DNA from: Bacteroidia bacterium
GTDB taxonomy: Bacteria; Bacteroidota; Bacteroidia; SXHM01
NCBI GenBank assembly: GCA_022072225.1
Contig: JAJVIC010000015.1
Location: forward strand, 49,762 to 113,761
DNA length: 64,000 bases
Reading direction: 5' to 3'
The notes below the pieces were generated by a model. That model did no database searches. It saw only the letters and a program-made list of their open reading frames with translations, and was not told the origin of the DNA. A program made the translations under genes and the position numbers. This document shows, piece by piece, positions 6,701 to 15,201 of this stretch. Each line of letters opens with the position of its first letter. Position 1 is the stretch's first letter.

Positions 6701-9337
6701 TCTTTCTCTTGCGATAAAGACAAGTATAATGTTGGTGAACTGGCTACACTTACTATTCCCACAGGCACAGAGGGCCGTGCATTGGTAAGCATTGAGTCGG
6801 GCAAGAAAGTAGTGCAGATGAATTGGGTGGAAGCGAAGAAAGGCGAAACAACATTCCAGTTTAAAATAACTCCGGAGATGGCTCCCAACGTGTATGCGCA
6901 TGTAACCTTATTGCAACCGCACTCACAAACAGCTAATGACTTACCTATTCGTATGTATGGTGTTATACCCATTTTTGTGGAAGACCCGAATACCATCCTG
7001 TACCCTGAAATGAGTATGCCGGAAGTATTGGCTCCTGAACAGGATGTTACTATTAAAGTGAAAGAGAAAAACGGCAAAGCAATGACTTATACCATTGCCG
7101 TGGTGGACGAAGGTTTGCTTGACCTGACCCGTTTTAAAACACCTGACCCGTGGAGTTCATTTTATGCGCGCGAAGCATTGGGTGTGCGCACCTGGGATAT
7201 GTATGATTTGGTACTGGGTGCGTATGGCGGAAAGATTGAACAGGCATTTGCTATCGGTGGTGATGAGGGCATAAACGGTAAGGGAAAAAACACCGCTAAC
7301 CGTTTCAAGCCCGTAGTAAAATTCCTCGGACCTTTTAAACTGGAGAAAGGTAAATCGGCATCGCACACTTATAAAATGCCAAACTATGTAGGCTCTGTGC
7401 GCACGATGCTGATTGCAGGACAGGATGGTGCTTACGGAACGGATGAAGAAACAACTCCCGTTCGCAAACCGGTGATGGTACTGGCTACCTTGCCGCGCGT
7501 AGTTGGTCCGGGTGAAACGGTGAAACTTCCTGTAACAGTTTTCGCGATGGAGAAAAACATTAAGAATGTGAAAGTGGAAGTTTCAACAAATGAGAAATTC
7601 ACCGTGGTTGGAAATAAAGCGCAGAATATTTCTTTTGCCGAGCCGGGCGATGATGTGATTTATTTTGAATTGGATGTAGTGAAAACGGTTGGTATTGGCA
7701 AGGTAAAAGTTATTGCTACGAGCGGTAATGAACGTGCCGAGCACACCATTGAAATTGAGGTACGCAACCCCAACCCGAAAGAGGTGGATTATGTAGAAGC
7801 CGCTGTGGAAGCCGGAAAAACATGGGAGAGTGCCTACGCACTTCCCGGTGTGGATGGCACGAACAAAGGCACGATTGAATTTTCGAACATGCCTCCGCTC
7901 GACCTTGGCAGAAGACTGAAAGATCTGATTGAATATCCGCACGGTTGTGTGGAGCAAACTACTTCTGCTGCATTCCCGCAGTTATTTCTTTCGGATGTAA
8001 TGGAACTGGATAACAGAGTAAAACCTAAGATTGAGGAAAACATCAAAGCAGCTATTCACCGCCTGAGAAGTTTTCAGTATTCGGATGGCGGGTTGAGTTA
8101 CTGGCCCAACGGAACCGAATCAAGTGACTGGGGAACTTCATATGCCGGACATTTCTTGTTGGAAGCCGAAGCAAAAGGTTATTCATGGCCCGAAGGAATG
8201 AAAGCAAAATGGAAAAATTACCAGAGTAAAATTGCACGCAACTGGTCGCCTGTTACTGATTCGCGCTCTGCGTATTATTACCGCTATGAAGACAATGTGC
8301 AGGCCTATCGCCTTTACACATTGGCACTTGCAAAAGCACCTGAACTGAGCGCCATGAACCGTTTGCGCGAACGTCCTGCGCTTTCGCAACAGGCACGCTG
8401 GAGATTGGCTGCTGCATACATTCTTGCAGGTCAGCCCGAAGTTGCAACACAGCTGGTGAAAGACCTGAATATTTATGTTCCTGACTACAACGAAATGGCG
8501 TATTCGTATGGAAGTGCTACCCGCGATGAAGCCATGATTTTGGAAACAATGGTTTTATTAAACCGCAGGAACGAAGCTATTCCGCTGATGAAAAAAATAT
8601 CTGCGGCATTGTCGGCACAGCGTTGGATGTCAACACAGGAAACAGCATACTGCCTGATTGCGATGAGCAAATTTGCAGGAACAAACGGAACTTCAACACA
8701 AATGAAATATCAATATGTGATGAACGGAACTTCTTCTGAAACCATCACTACCAAGCTCCCTGTTTCGCAGGTGGACATGAAGGTAAAAGGTGATGCCGGA
8801 GGAAAACTGAAAGTCGTTAACCAGGGAGATGGTATCTTGTATGTTCGTATGACATTGGAAGGAATTCCTGCTGCAGGCAATGAAACTTCGGCAGAGAATA
8901 ATCTGAAAATGAACATCACCTATAAGAAAATGAATGGCGAAGTGCTTGACATCAGTCGCCTTGAACAGGGAACTGATTTTATAGCGGAGGTGAGCATTAC
9001 TAACCCGTCTATAACATCGTACTACCAAAACATGGCTTTGTCACAGGTATTTCCTTCGGGCTGGGAGATTCATAACACCAGAATGGATGAAGCCGAAAAT
9101 GTAAACCTGAAAGGCACAAGCACGCCAACGTATCAGGATATACGTGATGACAGGGTTTATACCTATTTCAATGTCAGCTCAGGTTGGACGGTAACCTATC
9201 GTGTATTGCTGAATGCTGCCTACCTTGGTGAGTTCTATTTACCTGCCCAAAGCTGCGAGGCGATGTATGACGGACACATCAATGCACGGAAAGCGGGTAA
9301 ATGGGTTAAGGTGGTGAGGGCGGGGGAGGCGTTGTAA
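3701..9337 (+). CDS. Bacterial alpha-2-macroglobulin family protein (thioester-containing, 1878 aa)
   Basis: Thioester motif GCVEQ is present (CVEQ at nt 7946-7957). Size and MG-domain-like architecture fit, and the gene sits directly upstream of pbpC. The N-terminus has a hydrophobic anchor and no lipobox Cys. Confidence 0.9.
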   Translation: MSNHKIFRLLAAAAALTLFIVIIIGYNAKTRENQRVNPEFAPYISAFTSGLISSESSIIVRLASDYEKAGAPGEEISEELFDFSPGISGKTYWDDKRTLRFKPDAPLPSGVDFTVSFYISKLLEMPQGLETFEFYFTVIEQSAGYYRDGFKPLNNADLRWYKAYGFMSTSDVSDNESFEKILSAKQNGKNLSIKWTHNADRKKHDFVIDSIERTENEQKIIVTWDGAPLNIKGKGSDTVTIPGLKDFRFVEHYLEQSGEQYLRLLFSDPLLSTQNLDGLIRFADDSPLRFIIEDNEVRVYPASRLRGVKNLIIEPGIRNSADYKTLVKDILELRFEELKPAVRLLGDGVILPNSSGLIFPFEAVNLSAVDVKVIRIYENNIAQFLQVNSLDGTNQLKRVGRTVFKKKIDLKTLNKTDYGKWNAFSLDLAGLIETEPGAIYKIELSFRQDYSLYSCEGDEKKNKELQPLEEEENEDEDSYYGDYYYDDYYYNDYYEDDYYYEDEYYGDYDYRQRDNPCNAAYYNNNRKVSRNILASDLGIIAKAGSAKTMSFAITDLRTANPLPGITLEVYDFQQQLITSVKTNNNGTADVEVARKPFLLVAKNGRQRGYLKLDDGSSLSLSKFDISGQPVQKGLKGFIYGERGVWRPGDSLYLVFILEDKEKTLPLNHPVTLDLVNPQGQIVKRITQSTGVNGIYNLSTATDNNAPTGTWTANVRVGGALFSKNLRVEAIKPNRLKLKLDFATEMLSVDKPDQEGLLSVKWLHGATARNLKATVAVTLTEASTSFEKFKEYVFTDPVKSFSSEEQIIFDAKINEKGEAKIKPALTVHDAAPGMLKASFVNRVFEEGGDFSIDRFSIPYSPYECYVGVNVPDGDKYRNMLLVDSTHTVDFVSVSPEGKTLGNRKVQIEIYKVQWSWWWESANYYGYYAGNYNNKLFYRDTITTDASGKGKYNFKIEYPEWGRFMVRITDLKGGHSAGNDIYLDWPGWASRSYDDNSGANILSFSCDKDKYNVGELATLTIPTGTEGRALVSIESGKKVVQMNWVEAKKGETTFQFKITPEMAPNVYAHVTLLQPHSQTANDLPIRMYGVIPIFVEDPNTILYPEMSMPEVLAPEQDVTIKVKEKNGKAMTYTIAVVDEGLLDLTRFKTPDPWSSFYAREALGVRTWDMYDLVLGAYGGKIEQAFAIGGDEGINGKGKNTANRFKPVVKFLGPFKLEKGKSASHTYKMPNYVGSVRTMLIAGQDGAYGTDEETTPVRKPVMVLATLPRVVGPGETVKLPVTVFAMEKNIKNVKVEVSTNEKFTVVGNKAQNISFAEPGDDVIYFELDVVKTVGIGKVKVIATSGNERAEHTIEIEVRNPNPKEVDYVEAAVEAGKTWESAYALPGVDGTNKGTIEFSNMPPLDLGRRLKDLIEYPHGCVEQTTSAAFPQLFLSDVMELDNRVKPKIEENIKAAIHRLRSFQYSDGGLSYWPNGTESSDWGTSYAGHFLLEAEAKGYSWPEGMKAKWKNYQSKIARNWSPVTDSRSAYYYRYEDNVQAYRLYTLALAKAPELSAMNRLRERPALSQQARWRLAAAYILAGQPEVATQLVKDLNIYVPDYNEMAYSYGSATRDEAMILETMVLLNRRNEAIPLMKKISAALSAQRWMSTQETAYCLIAMSKFAGTNGTSTQMKYQYVMNGTSSETITTKLPVSQVDMKVKGDAGGKLKVVNQGDGILYVRMTLEGIPAAGNETSAENNLKMNITYKKMNGEVLDISRLEQGTDFIAEVSITNPSITSYYQNMALSQVFPSGWEIHNTRMDEAENVNLKGTSTPTYQDIRDDRVYTYFNVSSGWTVTYRVLLNAAYLGEFYLPAQSCEAMYDGHINARKAGKWVKVVRAGEAL

Positions 9338-9352
9338 TGTAAGGTCATTGTA

Positions 9353-9392
9353 AATGAAGCTAAGAATCTTTCAAATGATTCTTAGCTTCATT
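9353..9392 (+). other. Perfect 16-bp-stem hairpin between A2M and pbpC (intercistronic stem-loop)
   Basis: AATGAAGCTAAGAATC - TTTCAAAT - GATTCTTAGCTTCATT. No T-run follows it. Confidence 0.6.
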
Positions 9393-9412
9393 CCCAGGAT
9401 ATAGCTTTATAG

Positions 9413-11755
9413 GTGAAGTTTATCAAAAAATACCGTTGGCATTTGTTTGTCCTCTTTCTTGTTTTGGCAACAGGTTATTGGTTTTTATTGCCCGAAAAAT
9501 TATTTGACACTCCAACTTGTACAGTTATCAATGACAGAGATGGAAACCTGCTGGGTGCAAAAATTGCCGATGATGGTCAGTGGCGTTTTCCGCACAATGA
9601 TTCGGTTCCCGAAAAATTCCGTGTGTGCATTGTTGAATTTGAGGATAAACATTTTTATAAACATCCCGGCATTAATCCTTTTTCCATGCTGCGCGCTGCG
9701 TGGCAGAACATTACTACTATGCACAGGGTGAGTGGTGGCAGTACACTTACCATGCAGGTGATACGTATCTCGCGTCCGGCAGGCTCACGGAATATTTTTC
9801 GAAAAGTGATTGAAATGATTTTGGCAACACGGATTGAGTTGGCCTATTCTAAAGAGGAGATACTTTCGTTCTACGCTTCCAATGCGCCATTCGGTGGAAA
9901 TGTGGTTGGGCTAGATGCTGCATCGTGGCGTTATTTCGGGCGTAACGCAACCGAGCTTTCGTGGGCAGAGGCAGCTACGCTTGCCGTTTTGCCCAATGCA
10001 CCTTCATTGATTTATCCCGGAAAAAATCATGATAAACTATTGCAAAAGCGTAATCGTTTGCTGAAGCGTTTGTATGAAAAAGGAGTAGTTGACAAAACCA
10101 CTTACGAACTCTCCTGTGAAGAACCTTTGCCCGAAAAGCCATTGGATATTCCGCAAAGAGCACCACATCTGCTTACACGATTTTTTAAGCAGAGCAAAGG
10201 GAAGAAGAGCAACACAACGATTGATGGCAATTTACAACAACGTGTTTCCGAAAAAGTAAATAATCATTATTTGCAATTAAAACACAATGAGATTCACAAT
10301 GCAGCGGTATTGGTTGTTGAGGTTGAAACAGGAAATGTATTGGCGTATGTTGGCAATACCGATTGCGGTGCAGAACATAATAATCACGTAGATGTTACTT
10401 CTGCTCCGCGCAGTACCGGAAGTGTTATGAAACCCTTGTTGTTTGCAACAATGTTGAATGATGGCGAGCTGCTTCCCGGGACTTTAATAGCGGATATTCC
10501 GACACAGATTGCGGGTTATACGCCCCAAAATTTCTCACTTACTTACGAAGGAGCTGTACCCGCAAAACAGGCTTTGGCAAAATCACTGAATATTCCTGCT
10601 GTTCGTATGCTACGTGAACACGGTGTTGAAAAATTTCATTATCAGTTAAAACAACTTGGTTTGTCAACGCTGACAAAAGATGCACGGCATTACGGACTTT
10701 CCATTATTCTGGGAGGAGCAGAAGCAACGCTTTGGGAGCTCACCGGAATTTATGCTTCGCTCTCACGAACGTTAAATCATTATCCGGTTTTTCGGGGGGA
10801 TGAGTTCAGGCGATTAAGCCTCACCCCCGATCCCTCTCCAAGGGTAGAGGGGAACCTGCCAACGAATAGGACTTCCCCGATCAGTGCAGGAGCCATTTAT
10901 CAAACCTACGAAGCCATGGCAGAGGTGAATCGTCCTGACATAGAAGCAGGCTGGAAAACATTTGCATCGTCCGGTTTTATAGCCTGGAAAACAGGAACCA
11001 GCTTTGGTTTCCGAGATGGTTGGGCAATTGGTACAACTCCTGAATATGTGGTAGGTGTTTGGGTTGGAAATGCAGATGGAGAAGGCCGTCCCGGATTAAC
11101 AGGTATAGGCGCAGCAGCTCCTCTTATGTTTGATGTGTTCAGCTTATTACCCGCATCACAAAATTTTCTTCCGCCTTATGATGATTTGGAAAAAGTTGCC
11201 GTTTGTCACCAAAGCGGACATCGTGCAGGTTCATATTGTGAGGTAATTGATTCAGTGAGAATTACCCTGGGGGGATTGAAAACAGAAGCTTGCCCCTACC
11301 ATCGTTTGGTGCATCTGGATAAAACAAAGCGCGAGCGCGTAAACAGCAGTTGCTATGCAACCAACGACATGGTTCATCAGAATTGGTTTGTCTTGCCGCC
11401 CGCTATGGAGTGGTATTACAAATCCAAGAATCCGTCATATAAAACCTTGCCTCCCATGCGTGCAAATTGCACAGATGAAAATCCATTGAAAAACATGGAG
11501 CTCATTTATCCTCACGAAAATATTATTGTGTACGTTCCTGTAAAATTAGACGGAACACCAAGTGAAGTGGTGTTTGAAGCGGCACACCGAAGAAGTTCAG
11601 CTACAATTTTCTGGCATCTCGATAATACGTTTGTAACACAAACCAAAAGCATTCATCAAATCGGTTTAAATCCCGAAGAAGGAAAACACCTGCTTACTTT
11701 AGTTGATGAAAACGGAGAAACGCTTTACAAAAGTTTTGAAGTGGTGAAGAAGTAG
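9413..11755 (+). CDS. pbpC: Penicillin-binding protein 1C (transglycosylase plus transpeptidase-like)
   Basis: GT51 motifs are present (EDKHFYKHPGINP, RISRPAGSRNIFRKVIEM). STGSVMKP matches the SxxK motif. Length is about 780 aa, and the position downstream of an A2M gene matches E. coli yfhM-pbpC. The start codon is GTG. Confidence 0.85.
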   Translation: MKFIKKYRWHLFVLFLVLATGYWFLLPEKLFDTPTCTVINDRDGNLLGAKIADDGQWRFPHNDSVPEKFRVCIVEFEDKHFYKHPGINPFSMLRAAWQNITTMHRVSGGSTLTMQVIRISRPAGSRNIFRKVIEMILATRIELAYSKEEILSFYASNAPFGGNVVGLDAASWRYFGRNATELSWAEAATLAVLPNAPSLIYPGKNHDKLLQKRNRLLKRLYEKGVVDKTTYELSCEEPLPEKPLDIPQRAPHLLTRFFKQSKGKKSNTTIDGNLQQRVSEKVNNHYLQLKHNEIHNAAVLVVEVETGNVLAYVGNTDCGAEHNNHVDVTSAPRSTGSVMKPLLFATMLNDGELLPGTLIADIPTQIAGYTPQNFSLTYEGAVPAKQALAKSLNIPAVRMLREHGVEKFHYQLKQLGLSTLTKDARHYGLSIILGGAEATLWELTGIYASLSRTLNHYPVFRGDEFRRLSLTPDPSPRVEGNLPTNRTSPISAGAIYQTYEAMAEVNRPDIEAGWKTFASSGFIAWKTGTSFGFRDGWAIGTTPEYVVGVWVGNADGEGRPGLTGIGAAAPLMFDVFSLLPASQNFLPPYDDLEKVAVCHQSGHRAGSYCEVIDSVRITLGGLKTEACPYHRLVHLDKTKRERVNSSCYATNDMVHQNWFVLPPAMEWYYKSKNPSYKTLPPMRANCTDENPLKNMELIYPHENIIVYVPVKLDGTPSEVVFEAAHRRSSATIFWHLDNTFVTQTKSIHQIGLNPEEGKHLLTLVDENGETLYKSFEVVKK
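10819..10856. repeat. Family B hairpin element inserted in frame in pbpC (encodes LTPDPSPRVEGN)
   Basis: CCTCACCCCCGATCCCTCTCCAAGGGTAGAGGGGAAC, with stem CCCTCT/AGAGGG. It is related to the copies at 3560, 24729 and 46821-46920. Confidence 0.6.
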
Positions 11756-11761
11756 TTTTTT

Positions 11762-11828
11762 ACCGCAGAGGCACTAAGGCGCAGAGAAAGTTTCAGTAAA
11801 GTCTTTCTGTTCTTTGTGCCTTTGTGGG
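11762..11828 (+). repeat. Imperfect hairpin of the CGCAGAGGC...GCGCAGAGA element (family D) just after the pbpC stop; possible terminator
   Basis: The left arm ACCGCAGAGGCACTAAGGCGCAGAGAAAG pairs with the right arm CTTTCTGTTCTTTGTGCCTTTGTGGG, partly through G:U pairs that work only in the plus-strand RNA. There is a related half-copy at 27916-27941. Confidence 0.5.
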
Positions 11829-11831
11829 AAA

Positions 11832-12866
11832 TTATTCTTTAAATGCTTGTTTGTTTCCAAGTACGCGGCTATACAACTGACCAAATGCTTTCTTCAGTTC
11901 AATATCTTCTTCACCGCGGTTGTTTTCTAGCAACAAACTCCCGTCTTCCTGTTTTTTGATAATGAAATAAAACGGAACCGCTTTTGAAACCGAAGTTGCA
12001 TTCTCATTTCCCGTTGTTCCAAATTTGAGTGAAACAAAGCGTAATTCATCGTCCACTTTTTCAATGGCATAAAAATTATTACTGAACCATTTTAGCCGGT
12101 TAACTTCATAAGTGTTTTCAATTCCGGCAAGCAGTTGTTCGTTGCGTTTATAAAATGCATAGTCGATGTTTTTGTCATTGTCCAGCAAAGAGTAATAACC
12201 AACGTAATAACCCGAATCAACTTCGGCAACGTTATACCACAACAGAATATTCAGTGGAGTTACACCGGTCATGCAATGTTCGGTTTTTATTCCTTTTTCT
12301 TCCAGCGAATTGGTGAATACATAACTTGCATAGCCTTTGTTTACCAAGGAAAGCAGCATATAAGCACTGCTGAATATCAAGCCGAAATTGTTCCATTTTC
12401 TGCGTTTCGGATTTTCACGGTTTATGAAAAGACAAGCAATAACGCACACCATCAACGGAACAGTGTAGACAAAATCAATGATGAAAATGTTATTCAGTCC
12501 TGCGCGGTAATCGCTGAATGGAAGAAACAACTGTGTCCCGTAAGTAGTGAACGAATCAAGGATGGGATGAGTAACAATGCTCCAGAAAAATAACAATGTC
12601 CAACCTTTAAAACCGACTTGGTCTTTATAAAACTTATTAATGAGCCAGCCAAGCAGTGGTGCCATCAATACTGCAAATAAAAGCGAATGAGAAAAGCCGC
12701 GGTGCAGCGTAATCTCTTTCAAGGCACTTCCCATGGTGAAAAAAACATCCAAATCGGGAATGGTACCGGCTATTCCGCCCCACAGAATGGCTTTGTTTCC
12801 TGCTTTTTTACCAAGCACTGCTTCTCCAACAGCAGCACCCAGAACAAATTGTGTTAGTGAGTCCAT
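11832..12866 (-). CDS. Membrane-bound metal-dependent hydrolase, YdjM/DUF457-like
   Basis: The N-terminus MDSLTQFVLGAAVGEAVLGKKAGNKAILWGGIAGTIPDLDV and multiple TM segments are typical of this family as I recall it. Confidence 0.65.
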   Translation of the reverse strand: MDSLTQFVLGAAVGEAVLGKKAGNKAILWGGIAGTIPDLDVFFTMGSALKEITLHRGFSHSLLFAVLMAPLLGWLINKFYKDQVGFKGWTLLFFWSIVTHPILDSFTTYGTQLFLPFSDYRAGLNNIFIIDFVYTVPLMVCVIACLFINRENPKRRKWNNFGLIFSSAYMLLSLVNKGYASYVFTNSLEEKGIKTEHCMTGVTPLNILLWYNVAEVDSGYYVGYYSLLDNDKNIDYAFYKRNEQLLAGIENTYEVNRLKWFSNNFYAIEKVDDELRFVSLKFGTTGNENATSVSKAVPFYFIIKKQEDGSLLLENNRGEEDIELKKAFGQLYSRVLGNKQAFKE

Positions 12867-13628
12867 TTATTTTTTATTTCTCCAAAGTTCACGAAGTTTG
12901 GCGTGTTTTAAAAATGCCGAGTAACCCGAAATCATGGCAATTACAAATCCGTAAAAGCCGTCTAAGAATCCAAGTTTGATGAAATAATGTTTGGTAAATT
13001 TTATCTGCAAAGCATTGCTGAGCAAAAGGAAATTGGTTTTTTCACCTTTTTCAAAGCGTGCTTTGGCAGCAATGGTTGAAAAATAATCTACCTGCCTTAC
13101 GTGCTCGTCAATGGTGTAAAAACTGTAATGCAGAATATCGCCTTTCAGCCGTGCTGTTGCTTTGTCGCCTTCAAATAGCTCGTATTTGTCATGCGGATTG
13201 GTGCCGCGCCATTCGCCTTTGCGGCTGTCCCACAGGCGCAGTTTTTTATCGGGATACCAGCCGCTGTGTTTTATCCATTGTCCGCAATAATTGGTCAGCC
13301 GGTTGATGTAATAACCATCGTGTGTCCAGTTTTTTTTTGCTTCCAGAATGGATTTTTTCAGTTCATCAGACAAAGCTTCATCAGCATCCAACGATAAAAT
13401 ATGAGGAAACTGGGCGTAGGTAATGGCACGGTTCTTTTGCTGAATGTGTCCGTCAAATTTGTGCTGAAAAAAACGAGCACCTTTTTGTCTGCAGATTTCT
13501 TCGGTTTTGTCGGTTGAAAATGAATCCAAAACAACAATGTCATCGGCAATTCCGGCCAACGAATCCAAACAACGCGCAATGTTGCGCTCTTCATTGTAAG
13601 TGATGATTACTGCCGAAATCTGGTACAT
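12867..13628 (-). CDS. Family 2 glycosyltransferase
   Basis: ISAVIITYNEERNIARCLDSL...VLDSFSTDKT...LSLDADE (the DxD region) is a typical GT2 N-terminal domain. Confidence 0.8.
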   Translation of the reverse strand: MYQISAVIITYNEERNIARCLDSLAGIADDIVVLDSFSTDKTEEICRQKGARFFQHKFDGHIQQKNRAITYAQFPHILSLDADEALSDELKKSILEAKKNWTHDGYYINRLTNYCGQWIKHSGWYPDKKLRLWDSRKGEWRGTNPHDKYELFEGDKATARLKGDILHYSFYTIDEHVRQVDYFSTIAAKARFEKGEKTNFLLLSNALQIKFTKHYFIKLGFLDGFYGFVIAMISGYSAFLKHAKLRELWRNKK

Positions 13629-13633
13629 TGTTA

Positions 13634-14089
13634 TTAATAGCGTGGCTTGAAATCCATGCGCTGTTCCGTTACGCCCATGTTGGAGGTGGCACGCGATAAT
13701 AATTTTCCTTCTTCACTGCGTATTTCACATGCCATGTTAATAATTCTTCTGCCCTGCCTGATTACCTGCGATTTCGCAATTACCTTACTTCCCAGTTTTA
13801 CGTTCCCCAGAAAATCAACCGACAAATTAACCGACACAAAATGAAATTCTTTATCCAAGGCAGCTACGGTCATTCCTATGACTTCGTCCATAATTGCCGC
13901 GTGCATACCACCGTGCAAATATCCGCCCGGATTGGTCATTTGCTCCGTTACTTCAAATTCAACCGTTATGGAATCATCCTGTACATCGCGGATAATTCCG
14001 CCAAGCCATTTTGAAAGGGCAGGTGCAATTTCGGGCGGCTTGCTTCCAACTATTGATTTGAAATACGTTTTATAAATATTGTCGCTCAT
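13634..14089 (-). CDS. PaaI-family hotdog-fold thioesterase
   Basis: Contains the motif NPGGYLHGGMHAAIMDEVIGM, at about 150 aa. Confidence 0.8.
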   Translation of the reverse strand: MSDNIYKTYFKSIVGSKPPEIAPALSKWLGGIIRDVQDDSITVEFEVTEQMTNPGGYLHGGMHAAIMDEVIGMTVAALDKEFHFVSVNLSVDFLGNVKLGSKVIAKSQVIRQGRRIINMACEIRSEEGKLLSRATSNMGVTEQRMDFKPRY

Positions 14090-14132
14090 TCTTAGCTTTG
14101 TGGTTTCAAGGTCGAAATTAAAGAAATAAAAA

Positions 14133-14936
14133 TTGGGAAAAGAAAAAATAAAATTCCGAGATGTTGATATTGCTTATTCCGTTTCTGGTGAAGGCAAGGT
14201 ATTGGTATTGTTACACGGGTTTCTTGAGTCCAAAACTATATGGAATGATTTTATGGTTGTTCTTGAAAAATATTTTCGGGTGGTGTGTATTGACCTTCCA
14301 GGTCATGGCGAAAGCGATTGCATAGGCTATGTACACGAAATGGAAATGAATGCAGAGGCTGTTTATGCCGTATTGCAACACCTGAATATAAAGAGTTGTG
14401 TGATGAGCGGCCATTCAATGGGCGGATATGTTACACTTGCCTTTGCCGAGAAATATCCTCAACTGCTGAAAGGTATCTGTCTGTTTCATTCTACCGCTTT
14501 GTCCGATTCGGAAGAGAAACAGCGCGACCGTGACCGCACCATCAACATTGTGAAAAAAGACGCTATGACTTTTATCCGTGCGGTAATTCCCAATCTGTTT
14601 GCACCTGCAAACAAAGAAAAATATAAAGCGGAAATTGATGAGTTGATTAATCGTGCAGGACAAATGTCTGTGCTGGGAATTATTGCAACTCTGGAAGGAA
14701 TGAAAATCCGGAAAGACCGCACAGCTGTTTTGAAAAATGTACAAGTTCCTGTTTTGATTATTGCCGGAAAGCAAGATACTGCCGTTCCTTTTGACAGTTT
14801 GCTCCCGCAGTTTGCTTTGCCTAAACATTGTGAAGCATTGATTTTGGATAATGTGGGTCATACCGGGTTTATTGAGGCTAAGGAGGAAACGTTGCTCAGG
14901 TTGTTAAGTTTTGTTGATTCATCGTTTAAATCCTAA
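14133..14936 (+). CDS. Alpha/beta hydrolase
   Basis: Contains VLLHGF (oxyanion region), the nucleophile elbow GHSMGG, and a C-terminal GH. The start codon is TTG. Confidence 0.8.
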   Translation: MGKEKIKFRDVDIAYSVSGEGKVLVLLHGFLESKTIWNDFMVVLEKYFRVVCIDLPGHGESDCIGYVHEMEMNAEAVYAVLQHLNIKSCVMSGHSMGGYVTLAFAEKYPQLLKGICLFHSTALSDSEEKQRDRDRTINIVKKDAMTFIRAVIPNLFAPANKEKYKAEIDELINRAGQMSVLGIIATLEGMKIRKDRTAVLKNVQVPVLIIAGKQDTAVPFDSLLPQFALPKHCEALILDNVGHTGFIEAKEETLLRLLSFVDSSFKS

Positions 14937-14968
14937 TTTTGTAATTCAATCTTATTAAAACAAACTTT

Positions 14969-15199
14969 ATGAAATCTGCGCAACAGCCATTAAGCAATTT
15001 ACAAGTTGAAATGCTGAAACTTTTTTCAAGGCAATTGAGCGAAGAAGATTTGCGTGCCGTAAAAAAACTGCTTGCTGATTTCTTTTCAAAAAAAGCAATG
15101 GATGAAGCTGATAAAATTTGGGAAGAAAAAGGTTGGTCAGAAGAGGATGAAAAGAAATTCACCGAAGGCCACGACAGAACTCCTTACCGTTCTGAATAA
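14969..15199 (+). CDS. Putative antitoxin (76 aa) of the PIN toxin-antitoxin pair
   Basis: This small acidic ORF ends 2 nt before the PIN gene. I recognise no domain, so the call rests on position alone. Confidence 0.45.
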   Translation: MKSAQQPLSNLQVEMLKLFSRQLSEEDLRAVKKLLADFFSKKAMDEADKIWEEKGWSEEDEKKFTEGHDRTPYRSE

Positions 15200-15201
15200 G
15201 A

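Noticed and set aside
13330-13338. A homopolymer A9/T9 tract inside the GT2 glycosyltransferase, and an A8 tract right after the start codon of the lectin adhesin (36111-36118), considered as phase-variation tracts.
   Set aside because: Tracts of 8-9 A/T are common in AT-leaning genomes and are below the lengths usually associated with efficient slippage. No other supporting evidence is visible.
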